Below, in pieces: positions 9,552 to 19,270 of a stretch of DNA of 64,000 nucleotides. The stretch covers positions 14,266-78,265 of the forward strand of contig JAPLWM010000020.1 in the NCBI GenBank assembly GCA_026396575.1. Reading direction: 5' to 3'. The notes beneath the pieces are model-generated. The model did no database searches. It saw only the letters and a list, made by a program, of their open reading frames with translations, and was not told where the DNA came from. This stretch comes from Candidatus Komeilibacteria bacterium. GTDB taxonomy: Bacteria > Patescibacteriota > Patescibacteriia > UBA1558 > UBA10009. Positions within the stretch are counted from its first letter, which is position 1. Each line of letters opens with the position of its first letter. Position numbers and translations under genes: made by a program.

Positions 9552-9734
9552 TCAACCGACATTAACGTTGTTTTTAATTTTGGCCTGGCTGATATTGGTC
9601 ACGACTCCATCCTTAACCGTCATCGTTAATTCAACCGTGCCAAAACCGGTCTCTTTAACGTAGCTTTTAATTACACTGAACCAAAGCCGTTCGTTTTTAT
9701 TTTCTATTTCTGACTCTTTGATTTCTTTAGCCAT
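9552..9734 (-). CDS. small hypothetical protein (60 aa)
   Basis: ORF in the long terminase-portal intergenic region; no motif. Confidence 0.2.
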   Translation of the reverse strand: MAKEIKESEIENKNERLWFSVIKSYVKETGFGTVELTMTVKDGVVTNISQAKIKNNVNVG

Positions 9735-9940
9735 GTGACAAGCATGTTAATTAATTTTTGAAAAAAACTTAATCTCGGTTTTACTTCTAGCTCGGCCGCA
9801 TAGGTTACACCGGTAATTTCCTTGGTTGGTTTTGTTTCCACCCATTCTTGAAGCCGATTTTTTCTGACTTTCAAATAGCGGTTAAACTTGTGAACATAGA
9901 CCCAAACGGTCTTGGCGTTCTCCTGGACAAATCCGCACAT
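9704..9940 (-). CDS. small basic hypothetical protein (78 aa)
   Basis: ORF in the terminase-portal intergenic region; overlaps the previous ORF in another frame. Confidence 0.2.
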   Translation of the reverse strand: MCGFVQENAKTVWVYVHKFNRYLKVRKNRLQEWVETKPTKEITGVTYAAELEVKPRLSFFQKLINMLVTWLKKSKSQK

Positions 9941-10002
9941 TTAATAGTACGGCGTGCCCGGATGATTTTGGATTTTTACGAACATATTTGTTTGGTTAAT
10001 TT

Positions 10003-11532
10003 TTAAACAAATCCTATGAATGAACCCTCATTGAACGTCAGTGCCAAGCTGTCCGCGTGGTCAGGCGATTTGCGCGTCCGTTCCTTTAATTTTTCTTTTG
10101 GCTCAAAAATGATTTTCTTTTCACCGGACTGCTGTTTATATTTCATCCAGGTAATCTGCGTCCATTCACCAGCTTGATCCAGCAACCCGCCGTCTTTAAT
10201 CCAAAGGCCTAAGTCCCAAAACAGCTCGGCTTTTTTATTGGCAAACCTTTCATTTTCAACGGCCGAACCGCCGAACGCCACGCCGTTAACGCTGTAGCCA
10301 ATCTCACGCAAGCGGTCCACTACGCCGCCGCCAACGCCCGTGTCATCAATGTTTACCTGGCCGGGGTCAATATCCAAATCCTTAATCAAGGCCTCAATTT
10401 CGTTCACGTTAACCATCGTATCAGCACTTTGGTTCTTGCCAGCCACATAGGCGAATAAGCCCTTGCGTACCACATAAACATTAAAGTCCTTGCCCCTGGC
10501 AATATCCGCGCCCAACTTGGTTGGCGGCATAGAGCCAAGCTCCTTTCTAAGCTCAACCTTTTCTTTTGATAATTTATCAATCTCGTCAAAGGTAATACCT
10601 TTCCGTTTAGATTCCTCGCCTATCGCAACCATGCGCGCTTTAATATCCCGCTCGCGCTGGATCAGCTTCATTACCTCGCCCCTAGCATCGCCGAATTTAA
10701 GCTGGTTACTGGTAACCAGCAAATAATAGCCCTGCTTATCAATCACATCCTCGGGCGGGAATTCGCAGGCAAATAAAATGTTATAAAGCGGTTTAGTCCG
10801 GGCAATAGCCAATTCTTCAGGGTTAGCCCGGCCCTCTTTTAACGCCAGCTCATCGTTAATATAAATTTTGTGGTACAAATCATTGTTCCAATCATTGAAA
10901 AAATGAGTTAAGGGCGGAGCTGAATAAAAAGGGTTGCCAATTTTACAGTATAATTTATCGTCGCCGGTTTTACCGGTAATCATACGGAAGATAGTGGCCT
11001 CAGTGTCGTCCTCAATCAAACCTGCCTCATCCGGAATTACTATCTTAGCGCCTTGACCCATGGCCGCCTCAATGCTTTTCTTGCTGTTCTTTTGGTCAAC
11101 CGATAAAGCAAATATCCCTCCGCCATTCCGCAAAATAATCCTCTGCTTGTTTTCTTCCTGCCTTAACCTTTCCAATTTAGTGTTTTTTTCCAACTGCTTA
11201 TAAAAAATCTCATGATCGCCGATATGCTCAATAAAATAACGCATTGTCAGTTTGGCTTTTTCAGCCGTTGGGGCCACAATGCAAACAACGATTCCCTGTA
11301 CCGCCGCCACGATGATTGCCGCCAAGGCGGTAAATAAAGTTTTGCCGTATTGAGTTAAGCAAATAATTTCAACGAACTTATGGAAGCGAAAAACAATGGC
11401 CGCGAAAATTGCGATTTGACCCTCAGTGGCAACCTGATCGGCCGGCTTGCCATCGATTTTAAAATAGCTTAATAAATGCAAACATGACTCTCTAACTATC
11501 GGGTCAAGTTCTGGTAACGGCGGTTTTAACAT
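10003..11532 (-). CDS. terL: terminase large subunit
   Basis: 509 aa; ATPase N-half with Walker-A-like YGKTL and Walker B VIPDEAG; nuclease-like C-half; directly upstream of the portal, protease and capsid genes. Confidence 0.75.
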   Translation of the reverse strand: MLKPPLPELDPIVRESCLHLLSYFKIDGKPADQVATEGQIAIFAAIVFRFHKFVEIICLTQYGKTLFTALAAIIVAAVQGIVVCIVAPTAEKAKLTMRYFIEHIGDHEIFYKQLEKNTKLERLRQEENKQRIILRNGGGIFALSVDQKNSKKSIEAAMGQGAKIVIPDEAGLIEDDTEATIFRMITGKTGDDKLYCKIGNPFYSAPPLTHFFNDWNNDLYHKIYINDELALKEGRANPEELAIARTKPLYNILFACEFPPEDVIDKQGYYLLVTSNQLKFGDARGEVMKLIQRERDIKARMVAIGEESKRKGITFDEIDKLSKEKVELRKELGSMPPTKLGADIARGKDFNVYVVRKGLFAYVAGKNQSADTMVNVNEIEALIKDLDIDPGQVNIDDTGVGGGVVDRLREIGYSVNGVAFGGSAVENERFANKKAELFWDLGLWIKDGGLLDQAGEWTQITWMKYKQQSGEKKIIFEPKEKLKERTRKSPDHADSLALTFNEGSFIGFV

Positions 11533-12070
11533 TTGAAATTAATTCGTTTAATTTTTCCCGATGATTTGTGATCTCGTCTTTTTCCTCACCATCGCCCTCG
11601 CGCTTAAAGATTGTAGTCGGCTCGCCCAGTTCGGTTTTGATTATTTCCCAGGCAGCCTTTATTTCCTGATAGGTTGGATTTTTAGTTAAGATGACCTTGT
11701 CGCCATTTTTATCGAGCAAAGTTATCTGCCTGGTCTCCAACAGCTTTATTGCTTCCTCGATTGATTTAACCTTGGCCGAAACAAGAATTTGCTGAACCGT
11801 GGAATTATACTCATCAATCCTTTTCTGCCTAATTTCAACTATTCTCGCCTTAAATGCATATAAATCCCTGTAATAATAAAGTTGCGCCGGACTGTGAAAA
11901 TCCGACTCTTGATCACGGCTGATAGCCAAAACATTGCCATTATGCCGGTCGTAAAGCATCAGTAAAAACTCCTGTTCCTCGGGGGTTAAATTGCGATAGG
12001 GGTATTTAAAAACTGTGAAATCCTGTACTTCACCAACCGGCACAATTGCTAAGTTTTGTTTTTCCTCCAT
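11504..12070 (-). CDS. putative terminase small subunit
   Basis: Called by position only: 188 aa gene immediately upstream of the large terminase and overlapping it. Confidence 0.3.
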   Translation of the reverse strand: MEEKQNLAIVPVGEVQDFTVFKYPYRNLTPEEQEFLLMLYDRHNGNVLAISRDQESDFHSPAQLYYYRDLYAFKARIVEIRQKRIDEYNSTVQQILVSAKVKSIEEAIKLLETRQITLLDKNGDKVILTKNPTYQEIKAAWEIIKTELGEPTTIFKREGDGEEKDEITNHREKLNELISNVKTAVTRT

Positions 12071-12195
12071 TGTTTTTATTTTAATAGCTTCCTGACACTG
12101 TTGATTAAATCGTTTAAATCATCGCGCTGGCGGTCAATTTTTTCATTATCACTGACATTCAAATCCGCTCTTGGCTTGTATTTGTCTTTTTGCTC

Positions 12196-12426
12196 CTAGG
12201 TCCAGCCGATAATCTGAATCACATCCACTTCGACCTGGCCAAGCTCCTTTAAAGCTTTCAGCCGGCCGTGGCCGCCTAAAATAACATTGTTTTCGTCAAT
12301 GACAATATCGTCCACGAAACCCAGCTCATCAATACTTTTCTTAATCAGCTGGTCAGCATGAAGCTTAGGATTGCGGTCGTTTTCCTTAAGCTCGCTTATT
12401 TTAATTTTAAGGTGTCGCTTTTCCAT
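12196..12426 (-). CDS. ParB N-terminal domain protein (76 aa)
   Basis: KISELKENDRNPKLHADQLIKKSIDELGFVDDIVIDENNVILGGHGRLKALKELG matches the ParB/Srx fold GxxR signature. Confidence 0.5.
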   Translation of the reverse strand: MEKRHLKIKISELKENDRNPKLHADQLIKKSIDELGFVDDIVIDENNVILGGHGRLKALKELGQVEVDVIQIIGWT

Positions 12427-12433
12427 AAATTTT

Positions 12434-12859
12434 CTACTTTTTACTTTCTCCCTCCCGGTTGATTAATCCCTCCTGCTTTAACTCAAATTGAATTAAGCCG
12501 CGGATCAGCTTAATGTAATCGCTGAATTTCATTTTTTTATAATCAATTCCGAAGTTCCGCATGATGTAGGCCTGCAGTTCGTTGGCTTTTTCGCCCTGCT
12601 TTCTAAAAGCGTCAAAGACATCTTTGTATTTACGCTTTAAGGTTTTACCGGCGTCCGAATCCTCGCCTAAAACAAAAACCTCATCCCAAAGGATTTTTTC
12701 TTTAAGCTTAATCGGCCTGCCCTCGCGCTCCAGCTCAACCTCGTCCTGGCCGTGCTGATCCTGCACTGTCCTTAAACCCTCGGAAGCAAGATACTCAAGA
12801 TCTTCCAGCTCCTTGGTCATCCGGACAATATCGGTTATTTTTTCTTCACTAATTTGCAT
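12434..12859 (-). CDS. hypothetical phage protein
   Basis: 141 aa, charged and helical; no motif. Confidence 0.35.
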   Translation of the reverse strand: MQISEEKITDIVRMTKELEDLEYLASEGLRTVQDQHGQDEVELEREGRPIKLKEKILWDEVFVLGEDSDAGKTLKRKYKDVFDAFRKQGEKANELQAYIMRNFGIDYKKMKFSDYIKLIRGLIQFELKQEGLINREGESKK

Positions 12860-14420
12860 AGATTTTTCCTTTCTTAACCACGCCTCCCTCCAAGGCGATG
12901 GTATAGTTATTTTTATAAATTATCTTTGTTAAATAATGTTTTTCAAGCAGGATTTTTAAAAACTCATTTCGCTTCCGTAAAACCTTGTAATCCGCAGTGT
13001 TGCCGATTTTATTGTGATCAACGGCTGATTCCGGAGTAAAAGCGACTTGCCAATAAGTTTGCGACAGGCGCCAATAAAAATCAGTATGCTCGCCCTCGAT
13101 TTTAATCTTCTCGTCCCAGCGAACATCATTGAATAATTGCCGGCGAAATAACGTAAAATTCATAACCGCGCCCGTTTTTTTATATTTAATATGGTCGCAG
13201 TAATCCCATTGGTCGCCGTCATCAACGTGATATAAAATATCGCCCTCCTGCTTCCAATAATGGCAAAATCTGACCGGGTAACCGTTTTCCAGCACCTCGC
13301 CGCCTAAAGCCCCAATCGTCGGGTTCATTTCCAAAATGGTCATCATTTTATTGATATTGGTTTTATCGGTAAAAACAAAGTCATCCTCAAGCAATAGGAT
13401 GTACGGAGCGGAAGTTTTATTAAGCAAAAAGTTCCTGGCGTAAGACAGGCCGCAATCGTAAGGCAGGTTATAAGCCGTAGGTTTGTTTTTAAAATCAAGC
13501 TTTTTCCAAAGTGCCCGGTAATAGCTGGCATAAAACTTCTTTGACTGGTCAGCAATGAATATCCGGGCCATCGGGTAAAATTCCCTGATGGAAAAAAGCA
13601 ATTTTTCCAGTTGCGGATAGCGGTCAAAAGTAGTTATTAAAAAATCCACTTCCGCCATTTTAGTGCTGTCGTATTCATCTCGTCGGCCGGACATATCAAT
13701 CGTATAGTCCAATTTATATTTTTCATAAAAGGCCTTTTTATCATTCGTCCGGCGGCGATAAAGCAAATAAGTATCGTAATCCGTCTTGGAAATTTTAACC
13801 GGCGGCTTATGCTCTACAATCGGCAAAGGTGAATAGGCCGCTTTAAATCCGGCACGCTTCAAATCAATAAAAAAGGTGCTGTGCTCGTAAGAAATCTTAA
13901 TGCTTTCATCCCACCTGACTTGTTTTAAAACCTCCGTCTTGCCGATGAAAAAATTAAAAGTAATGTCAGCCGGCTGCAACTTAGCACCGTTGTCATTAAG
14001 CTTCCGCCAAATCATATAATTACCGTGATCCTCAATAAAACCTTGATAATCCCTAACCTTGCCGCCCTCGCGCGCGCGCCCACCCACCATGTCAAAATTG
14101 CTATTCTTAATTAGATCCAGCATTAACTCAAGTTTTGCATCCTTGGTATATAAAAAATCATCATCGCCGATTAAGGTATAAGGTGTTTTTATTAAATCAA
14201 CGAGCATATTTCGGCCAACGCAGATACCGCAATCAAACGGCAGATCATAATAATCAGCTTGGTATTTTTGGCAAATGGCTCGTTTAGATTCCGGATCCCC
14301 GCCATTATTGCCGACAATGATATTAATATCAGGGTAAATTTCCCTTAGAGATTTAACGCAAAGCTCAAGGTACTCAATGCGGAAAAACGAAACAATTAAG
14401 GCAGTTAGTTGGTTTTTCAT
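12849..14420 (-). CDS. tandem two-domain family-2 (GT-A) glycosyltransferase
   Basis: Two repeated GT-A units (IVSFFRIEYLELCVKSLREIYPD...IGDDDFLY and FLITTFDRYPQLEKLLFSIREFYP...LLLEDDFVF), each with a DxD or EDD motif. Confidence 0.65.
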   Translation of the reverse strand: MKNQLTALIVSFFRIEYLELCVKSLREIYPDINIIVGNNGGDPESKRAICQKYQADYYDLPFDCGICVGRNMLVDLIKTPYTLIGDDDFLYTKDAKLELMLDLIKNSNFDMVGGRAREGGKVRDYQGFIEDHGNYMIWRKLNDNGAKLQPADITFNFFIGKTEVLKQVRWDESIKISYEHSTFFIDLKRAGFKAAYSPLPIVEHKPPVKISKTDYDTYLLYRRRTNDKKAFYEKYKLDYTIDMSGRRDEYDSTKMAEVDFLITTFDRYPQLEKLLFSIREFYPMARIFIADQSKKFYASYYRALWKKLDFKNKPTAYNLPYDCGLSYARNFLLNKTSAPYILLLEDDFVFTDKTNINKMMTILEMNPTIGALGGEVLENGYPVRFCHYWKQEGDILYHVDDGDQWDYCDHIKYKKTGAVMNFTLFRRQLFNDVRWDEKIKIEGEHTDFYWRLSQTYWQVAFTPESAVDHNKIGNTADYKVLRKRNEFLKILLEKHYLTKIIYKNNYTIALEGGVVKKGKIYAN

Positions 14421-15001
14421 AGTTCGCTGGCAAAAATAAATATGCTATTTTTTGATTTTAAATACTCAATACATTTAACAAACTCCGCGAAACTGGCCAC
14501 GCTCCACATGCTTGGATGAAGCTGGAAAGTAATCACGCCCTCCGGCGCCTCGACTTCGGCCAGCGATCTAACAAACTTCTCGTAATCAACCCCTGTGGGA
14601 TTTTCCAGTACTCCATAGCCATTAACATCGATAATCGGTTTAATCTTTAAAAGATTTTGGTATTGAAAAAATGTTTTTAAATAAAAAACGTGGTGAATTT
14701 CCGGAATTTGCGAAAGGATTTTTATAGTGGTATCGTCGCAAGCATTGGCTGGAAACCCGATTGCCTGGCAGTTAAAATCAAAAACCTGCTTTATGGCCAG
14801 ATTAGTTTTAGTAATGCTTTCCAGCTGATAATCATGATCCGTGCCAAATAATTCCTTTTTAGTTCCGGTAAAAAATCTATGCCCCCAGGAATGGTTAAAC
14901 GGCTCAATAAAATCCTTGTAAGTCAATAACCTCTGCCTTTTTTCGTCAGAGATATTTTCCAGTCCGGCACCGATCACGCCAAGATTAACTTTAATGCCCA
15001 A
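14417..15001 (-). CDS. possible polysaccharide deacetylase-like (CE4-like) protein
   Basis: FNHSWGHR (HSxxH-like) and LHPSMW motifs; N-terminal Asp motif not seen; weak call. Confidence 0.3.
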   Translation of the reverse strand: MGIKVNLGVIGAGLENISDEKRQRLLTYKDFIEPFNHSWGHRFFTGTKKELFGTDHDYQLESITKTNLAIKQVFDFNCQAIGFPANACDDTTIKILSQIPEIHHVFYLKTFFQYQNLLKIKPIIDVNGYGVLENPTGVDYEKFVRSLAEVEAPEGVITFQLHPSMWSVASFAEFVKCIEYLKSKNSIFIFASEL

Positions 15002-15072
15002 ATGAACGATGCCATTTAAAAAATAAAACCATTTCTCGCCTGGCCAAAAGTCATCCGCTTTTAAAATAATTC

Positions 15073-15393
15073 TTATAGATAATTAATTAGTTTATTAATT
15101 TGATGGGCGAAAAAGTGTTCTCTAATTGCCCCGGCGCTTTTTTTCCAATTCGGCAGCATGTAAACTTCATCAACCCGCTTAATAACATCAAAGTCCCGCT
15201 CCATCCACTCCTCGTAAGTTAATAAATTCACATTGATGCCGGTCTCGTTCAGGTGCGGGCTGTAAACAATCAAACCCTGCCTCCAAAGCTTTCGCGCGTA
15301 TTGCCAGGCAACAAGGTAATTCCACAGCTTAAAGCCTGAAAGCTTGCCGGCCAAATAAATCATTTTAAGCTTTTTTTCCATAGTCAACTCCAA
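15073..15393 (-). CDS. nucleoside 2-deoxyribosyltransferase-like fold protein (YLAG motif)
   Basis: MIYLAGKLSG near the N-terminus resembles the Nuc_deoxyrib_tr/DUF4406 family signature; 106 aa. Confidence 0.3.
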   Translation of the reverse strand: MELTMEKKLKMIYLAGKLSGFKLWNYLVAWQYARKLWRQGLIVYSPHLNETGINVNLLTYEEWMERDFDVIKRVDEVYMLPNWKKSAGAIREHFFAHQINKLINYL

Positions 15394-16588
15394 CCCTTAA
15401 ATAAATAATATCTCCGTGCCGGTCCGTATTCAGATACCGGCAAACATAATCAGCTACTACCAATGGCTCCAATAATTCCGTTGCTTCCGGATTAAGCGCC
15501 TGCTGAAGTTTGCCCCTAACCTTTGCCGGCGCGATTGCGTTGATAAAAATACCTTTGCCGGCTAGCTCCACGTGCCTGCTTTGAATTAAAGAATTAAGCG
15601 CGGCCTTGCTCGCAGAATAAATCGGAGTGCCTGGGCGGCCGTAAGCGCCAGCCGTCGATGACAAAAAAACAATGTTGCCTTGCCAGTTTTGTTCCTCGGC
15701 CAATTCAATCAACCTTACGGCTGACCAAAAATTTACCTCCATCATTTCCCAGTCATTTTTGTATGAGCCCGCCGCATAGATAATCGAGCGGAAATCTTTT
15801 AAATTTAAGATTGGTTTATTATTCAAGGTAAAATCAAACGATGATTTTGCGAGGTTAAGCTCCTGACGGCTTGGAGCGCAATAATTATCTAACCTAGCAC
15901 AGCAGGCCTGGCCAATATCCCCTGATCCCCCAAAAACAAGCACCTTACCCCAAAATTCTGCCCCAAGTTGAAGCGGTTGCGCCCAGTTGGCCATAATGCC
16001 CTCGGCAAACCCCAAATCCCGCTCGTACGTGATTTTTGAATTAATCTGCGTACCGTAAACAATGGCCGGTTTAAGCCCTAACAAATCGTAAACCATCGAC
16101 ACTTCATCCTGATAATTTTTAACTCTCAAAGTAAAAGCTTTTCTTAAAATATCTCTAGGAAATCCTTCGGGCGTTAAGCTGATTTGCCTGCCTGTTTTTT
16201 CTTTTGGGAATCCATCCTCTAAATAGCCGTCCACAATATCCACTGCCGTATCAACCGATTTCCAGTCATTCAAAAGCAACTGCTTTAATTCCTCAATCTC
16301 CCGGGCCGTAATAAATGGCCGCACAGCATCATGGAAAATAATAAAATCGCCGGTTGAAGCTTTAAAGCCATTCTCGGCGCTCTCACTCCGGCTGCTTCCT
16401 GGCCGGACTGTTTTATAATTTTTATATTGTTCGTTGGCCACGATGATCACTTCATCAACCAACGGCTCGATTACGTCCAGGCAATACTGAATAACCAGCT
16501 TGCCGTTTAAAGACATGAACTGCTTAGGAATGGTTGAGCCAAAGCGCTCGCCGGATCCGCCGGCCAAAATGATTGCGGTAAATTTCAT
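15365..16588 (-). CDS. bifunctional CDP-ribitol synthase-like protein (TarI/IspD-type cytidylyltransferase fused to TarJ-type short-chain dehydrogenase)
   Basis: N-terminus MKFTAIILAGGSGERFG...PKQF (IspD/TarI nucleotidyltransferase); C-half VLVFGGSGDIGQA ... YSASKAALNSL (SDR Rossmann plus YxxxK). Confidence 0.65.
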   Translation of the reverse strand: MKFTAIILAGGSGERFGSTIPKQFMSLNGKLVIQYCLDVIEPLVDEVIIVANEQYKNYKTVRPGSSRSESAENGFKASTGDFIIFHDAVRPFITAREIEELKQLLLNDWKSVDTAVDIVDGYLEDGFPKEKTGRQISLTPEGFPRDILRKAFTLRVKNYQDEVSMVYDLLGLKPAIVYGTQINSKITYERDLGFAEGIMANWAQPLQLGAEFWGKVLVFGGSGDIGQACCARLDNYCAPSRQELNLAKSSFDFTLNNKPILNLKDFRSIIYAAGSYKNDWEMMEVNFWSAVRLIELAEEQNWQGNIVFLSSTAGAYGRPGTPIYSASKAALNSLIQSRHVELAGKGIFINAIAPAKVRGKLQQALNPEATELLEPLVVADYVCRYLNTDRHGDIIYLRVGVDYGKKA

Positions 16589-16745
16589 AGATTACTTTTT
16601 TATTATTTCTTTTAACTCATCCCAAAATTTAGTAAATTGGTGACTATACTCCCAGGGCTTGATCATTTGGATTAAAAATATCACCAAGATTAAAACCACT
16701 CGTTCCCTTAAATTAAGATAGTCTTTTTCCATTGTTTTAAATGCC

Positions 16746-16961
16746 TTACGGCTTAATTATTTTGTACCCTAATTTATTTAAAGCATCTACCAACTCAACG
16801 ATTAAAGACGTTTTTGGTAGCGCTAAAAATGAATAAATACATTCGTTATCTTTAACGTCTTGCGAACCAGCAGCAACTATTAAGGCCGACATTAAAGCGT
16901 TGCATTGCTCGCCATTTTCGCCCCCAAACATATCGCATTTAAGCTGATTACTGGATGTCAT
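16746..16961 (-). CDS. small hypothetical protein (71 aa)
   Basis: ORF between the CDP-ribitol synthase-like and LicD-like genes; overlaps the LicD gene start. Confidence 0.3.
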   Translation of the reverse strand: MTSSNQLKCDMFGGENGEQCNALMSALIVAAGSQDVKDNECIYSFLALPKTSLIVELVDALNKLGYKIIKP

Positions 16962-17511
16962 ATTTTTCCCTCACTAATTTATTATTTTCCGCGTTATAGC
17001 AGGAGTAATCCCTGCGGTTAACTGGCGTGCGCCAGTCGCCATATTTAAGCGTCAGGTACTCCTCGATGTTCCGTGGCCGGTTAAATAAAGCACCGTGAAA
17101 CTCAATCAGCTCCAGCTCCTCGTAAAAATGAGCCGGGATAACAACGAACTTGTCAATGTTGAAAGTGCCAGGCCGGTAAAGATATGTGTAAGCTTCTTTG
17201 CCATTTTTTTTGTTAAAAAATAAATCTATTTTATAGCCGTCGCGCTTAAAAGCGATTTCCAATTCCCAGCGTCTTTTAACTTCAAAACCTTTTTCAGCGG
17301 CCCGTGCAATCAGCTCGTCAGCCAAAACCATCCAATTGTCCCAGCAACAAAGGTCTACATCATCTTCATCATTGGCGCAAAAGTTATGATCCCGATAAGC
17401 GCCCAGCAAAGTACCGCCATCAAGCCAAAAAACAATCCCGAGCCGGTCAAGAATGTTTTTAAAATCAAGCAGATTTTTTTTAGCGATTTGCTGGCTTGTA
17501 TTTAATTCCAT
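16948..17511 (-). CDS. LicD-family (fukutin-like) phosphotransferase
   Basis: IVFWLDGGTLLGAYRDHNFCANDEDDVDLC: canonical LicD GTLLGAxR plus DxD motifs; 187 aa. Confidence 0.65.
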   Translation of the reverse strand: MELNTSQQIAKKNLLDFKNILDRLGIVFWLDGGTLLGAYRDHNFCANDEDDVDLCCWDNWMVLADELIARAAEKGFEVKRRWELEIAFKRDGYKIDLFFNKKNGKEAYTYLYRPGTFNIDKFVVIPAHFYEELELIEFHGALFNRPRNIEEYLTLKYGDWRTPVNRRDYSCYNAENNKLVREKYDIQ

Positions 17512-17514
17512 AAA

Positions 17515-17862
17515 TTAATTTTCTTTAATAAATTTAATCGCCTCATCTGCGCCTTTACAAACGACCGCCTTAATGCCAGGACAACTCCCCAACGCCTCAA
17601 TCCAGCTTTTCTGAAATTCACTTACTACTCCGCCTTTAACCCGTTTCATTTCAATAAACAACAATCGATTGGCGGGAGAGATAACAATCAAGTCCGGAAG
17701 CCCGGGCCGGAGGCCAAGAGCTTTGTTTCGCATCTTAACCGCCCAGCTCCGGGTAAAGGTTGAATTTGGAATGGCCGTAAATTTTAAGTGCCTCAACTCC
17801 AGATATTCAACCAAAGCTTTTTGCTCGTCGTCTTCCGAACGGATGTAATTATTTTTTTGCAT
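17515..17862 (-). CDS. VRR-NUC domain nuclease
   Basis: PD-(D/E)xK-like PGLPDLIVI...FIEMK block; 115 aa, typical size for phage VRR-NUC. Confidence 0.55.
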   Translation of the reverse strand: MQKNNYIRSEDDEQKALVEYLELRHLKFTAIPNSTFTRSWAVKMRNKALGLRPGLPDLIVISPANRLLFIEMKRVKGGVVSEFQKSWIEALGSCPGIKAVVCKGADEAIKFIKEN

Positions 17863-19270
17863 CCTTGCCGGTAATTAATTTAACAACGCCAATTTTTTTC
17901 CAACTATCATAAGACGGCATTAAAACTTCAATCGTCAGCCTTAATTTTTCCGTGTCATCCAGCTTGGCCGCATTTTCCCTGACACACCTGTCATAATCCA
18001 AATAACCATTGGGCTGATATTGCGTTTTAGTTCTCGGTACTTCCCAACCACGTCTCTTAACGATTGGCCGATACTGGTCAGTGCCCGAATGGAACATGGC
18101 TAATCCAAAGAGAGTATTTAACATTTTACTGTCGATTGGCCACTTTATTGTTTTAAGTAAGTCAGCCGTCGCTTTGTTGTTGCGCTCAATCTTCTTTTTT
18201 TCGTTTTCTTTTTCCTTAAGGAGATCCGCTTTGCGTTTCTTTTCCTCAGCCGGGCTTAATCTGTATTCGGAATGGCTACGCCCATGGGTTTTGCAATCCT
18301 TATTGGAACAAATTAAAATTTCCTTGCCCAAATCATCACCCTCGGCAAAGATAGCGCCATGGGCTGATTCGCATTTATCCTTACCCTTAGCGGCAATAAC
18401 AGCGTATTCGCTCTTAGACAAACAACCCTTGGCCGGCTGGGAATACTCGCTGGAAATTTTAGTCAGCTTAGATTCCTGTTTCCGGTGTTCAATATAAGCC
18501 GTCATTTTCCTTTCCCAGCATTTTAAATTTGTGCAAGCACCCTCTTTAACTTCGCCGAACAATGAAGCGCGCGTCGGCTCGCACTCCTTACACGGACCAA
18601 CAGCGGCCATTAATTCTTTTGATTTCAGCCAGGGCTGATTTTCCAAAGTGGAATAAATATGATCATGAATCCAATCCTTTAAATCCTTAACGCTCATTCC
18701 TCGGCCCCATCTGTCAACGCACTCATTAAGTGCTTTCAGCTGATCATCGTTGGACAACTGGGCAATTAAAACGGCGTGGCCATCGTTAATTTTTCCGGAA
18801 CGATAAGCGTCAGCCGGCTTGGACTCAAGGTTGGTTAAGAATAATCTTTGCTTAACGTACGATTCGGATTTGCCGACCTTGGCCGCAATGGCGCTGATTT
18901 CGTACTTTGATTTTTCCCGAAGCTGGCGGTAGGCCTCGCCCTCTTCCAAAGGATGCACATCTTCACGCTGCAGGTTTTCAACAATCGCGGCTTCTCTTGC
19001 TTCAACGTCATTCATTTCAACAACGTAAACCGGGATCTCTTTTAAGCCAGCCTGTTGAGCTGCCCTAAGCCGACGATTGCCGGCAATAACCTCAAACTGT
19101 TTGGCACCGGCTTTCTTTTCCCGGACCAAAATTGGAACTAACACGCCTTTCTCTTTCACGCTGGCTACTAAATCGTCAAACGCCTGCCCCTCAAACCTGC
19201 TTCCACGGGGATTGGTTTTTGATTCGTAAGCCAAATTGACTAAAACACTTTTCAGATTCATTTTTGACAT
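17849..19270 (-). CDS. ParB-like nuclease domain protein with Cys-rich C-terminal half
   Basis: N-terminus FEVIAGNRRLRAAQQAGLKEIPVYVVEM (ParB/Srx GxxR); C-terminal CxxC clusters. Confidence 0.6.
   Translation of the reverse strand: MSKMNLKSVLVNLAYESKTNPRGSRFEGQAFDDLVASVKEKGVLVPILVREKKAGAKQFEVIAGNRRLRAAQQAGLKEIPVYVVEMNDVEAREAAIVENLQREDVHPLEEGEAYRQLREKSKYEISAIAAKVGKSESYVKQRLFLTNLESKPADAYRSGKINDGHAVLIAQLSNDDQLKALNECVDRWGRGMSVKDLKDWIHDHIYSTLENQPWLKSKELMAAVGPCKECEPTRASLFGEVKEGACTNLKCWERKMTAYIEHRKQESKLTKISSEYSQPAKGCLSKSEYAVIAAKGKDKCESAHGAIFAEGDDLGKEILICSNKDCKTHGRSHSEYRLSPAEEKKRKADLLKEKENEKKKIERNNKATADLLKTIKWPIDSKMLNTLFGLAMFHSGTDQYRPIVKRRGWEVPRTKTQYQPNGYLDYDRCVRENAAKLDDTEKLRLTIEVLMPSYDSWKKIGVVKLITGKDAKK

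Noticed and set aside
9337-10002. Possibility that the long spacer is a cos site or encodes an integrase remnant
   Set aside because: No integrase-like translation is seen in any frame. A cos or pac assignment cannot be made from sequence alone. It is reported as a finding instead.
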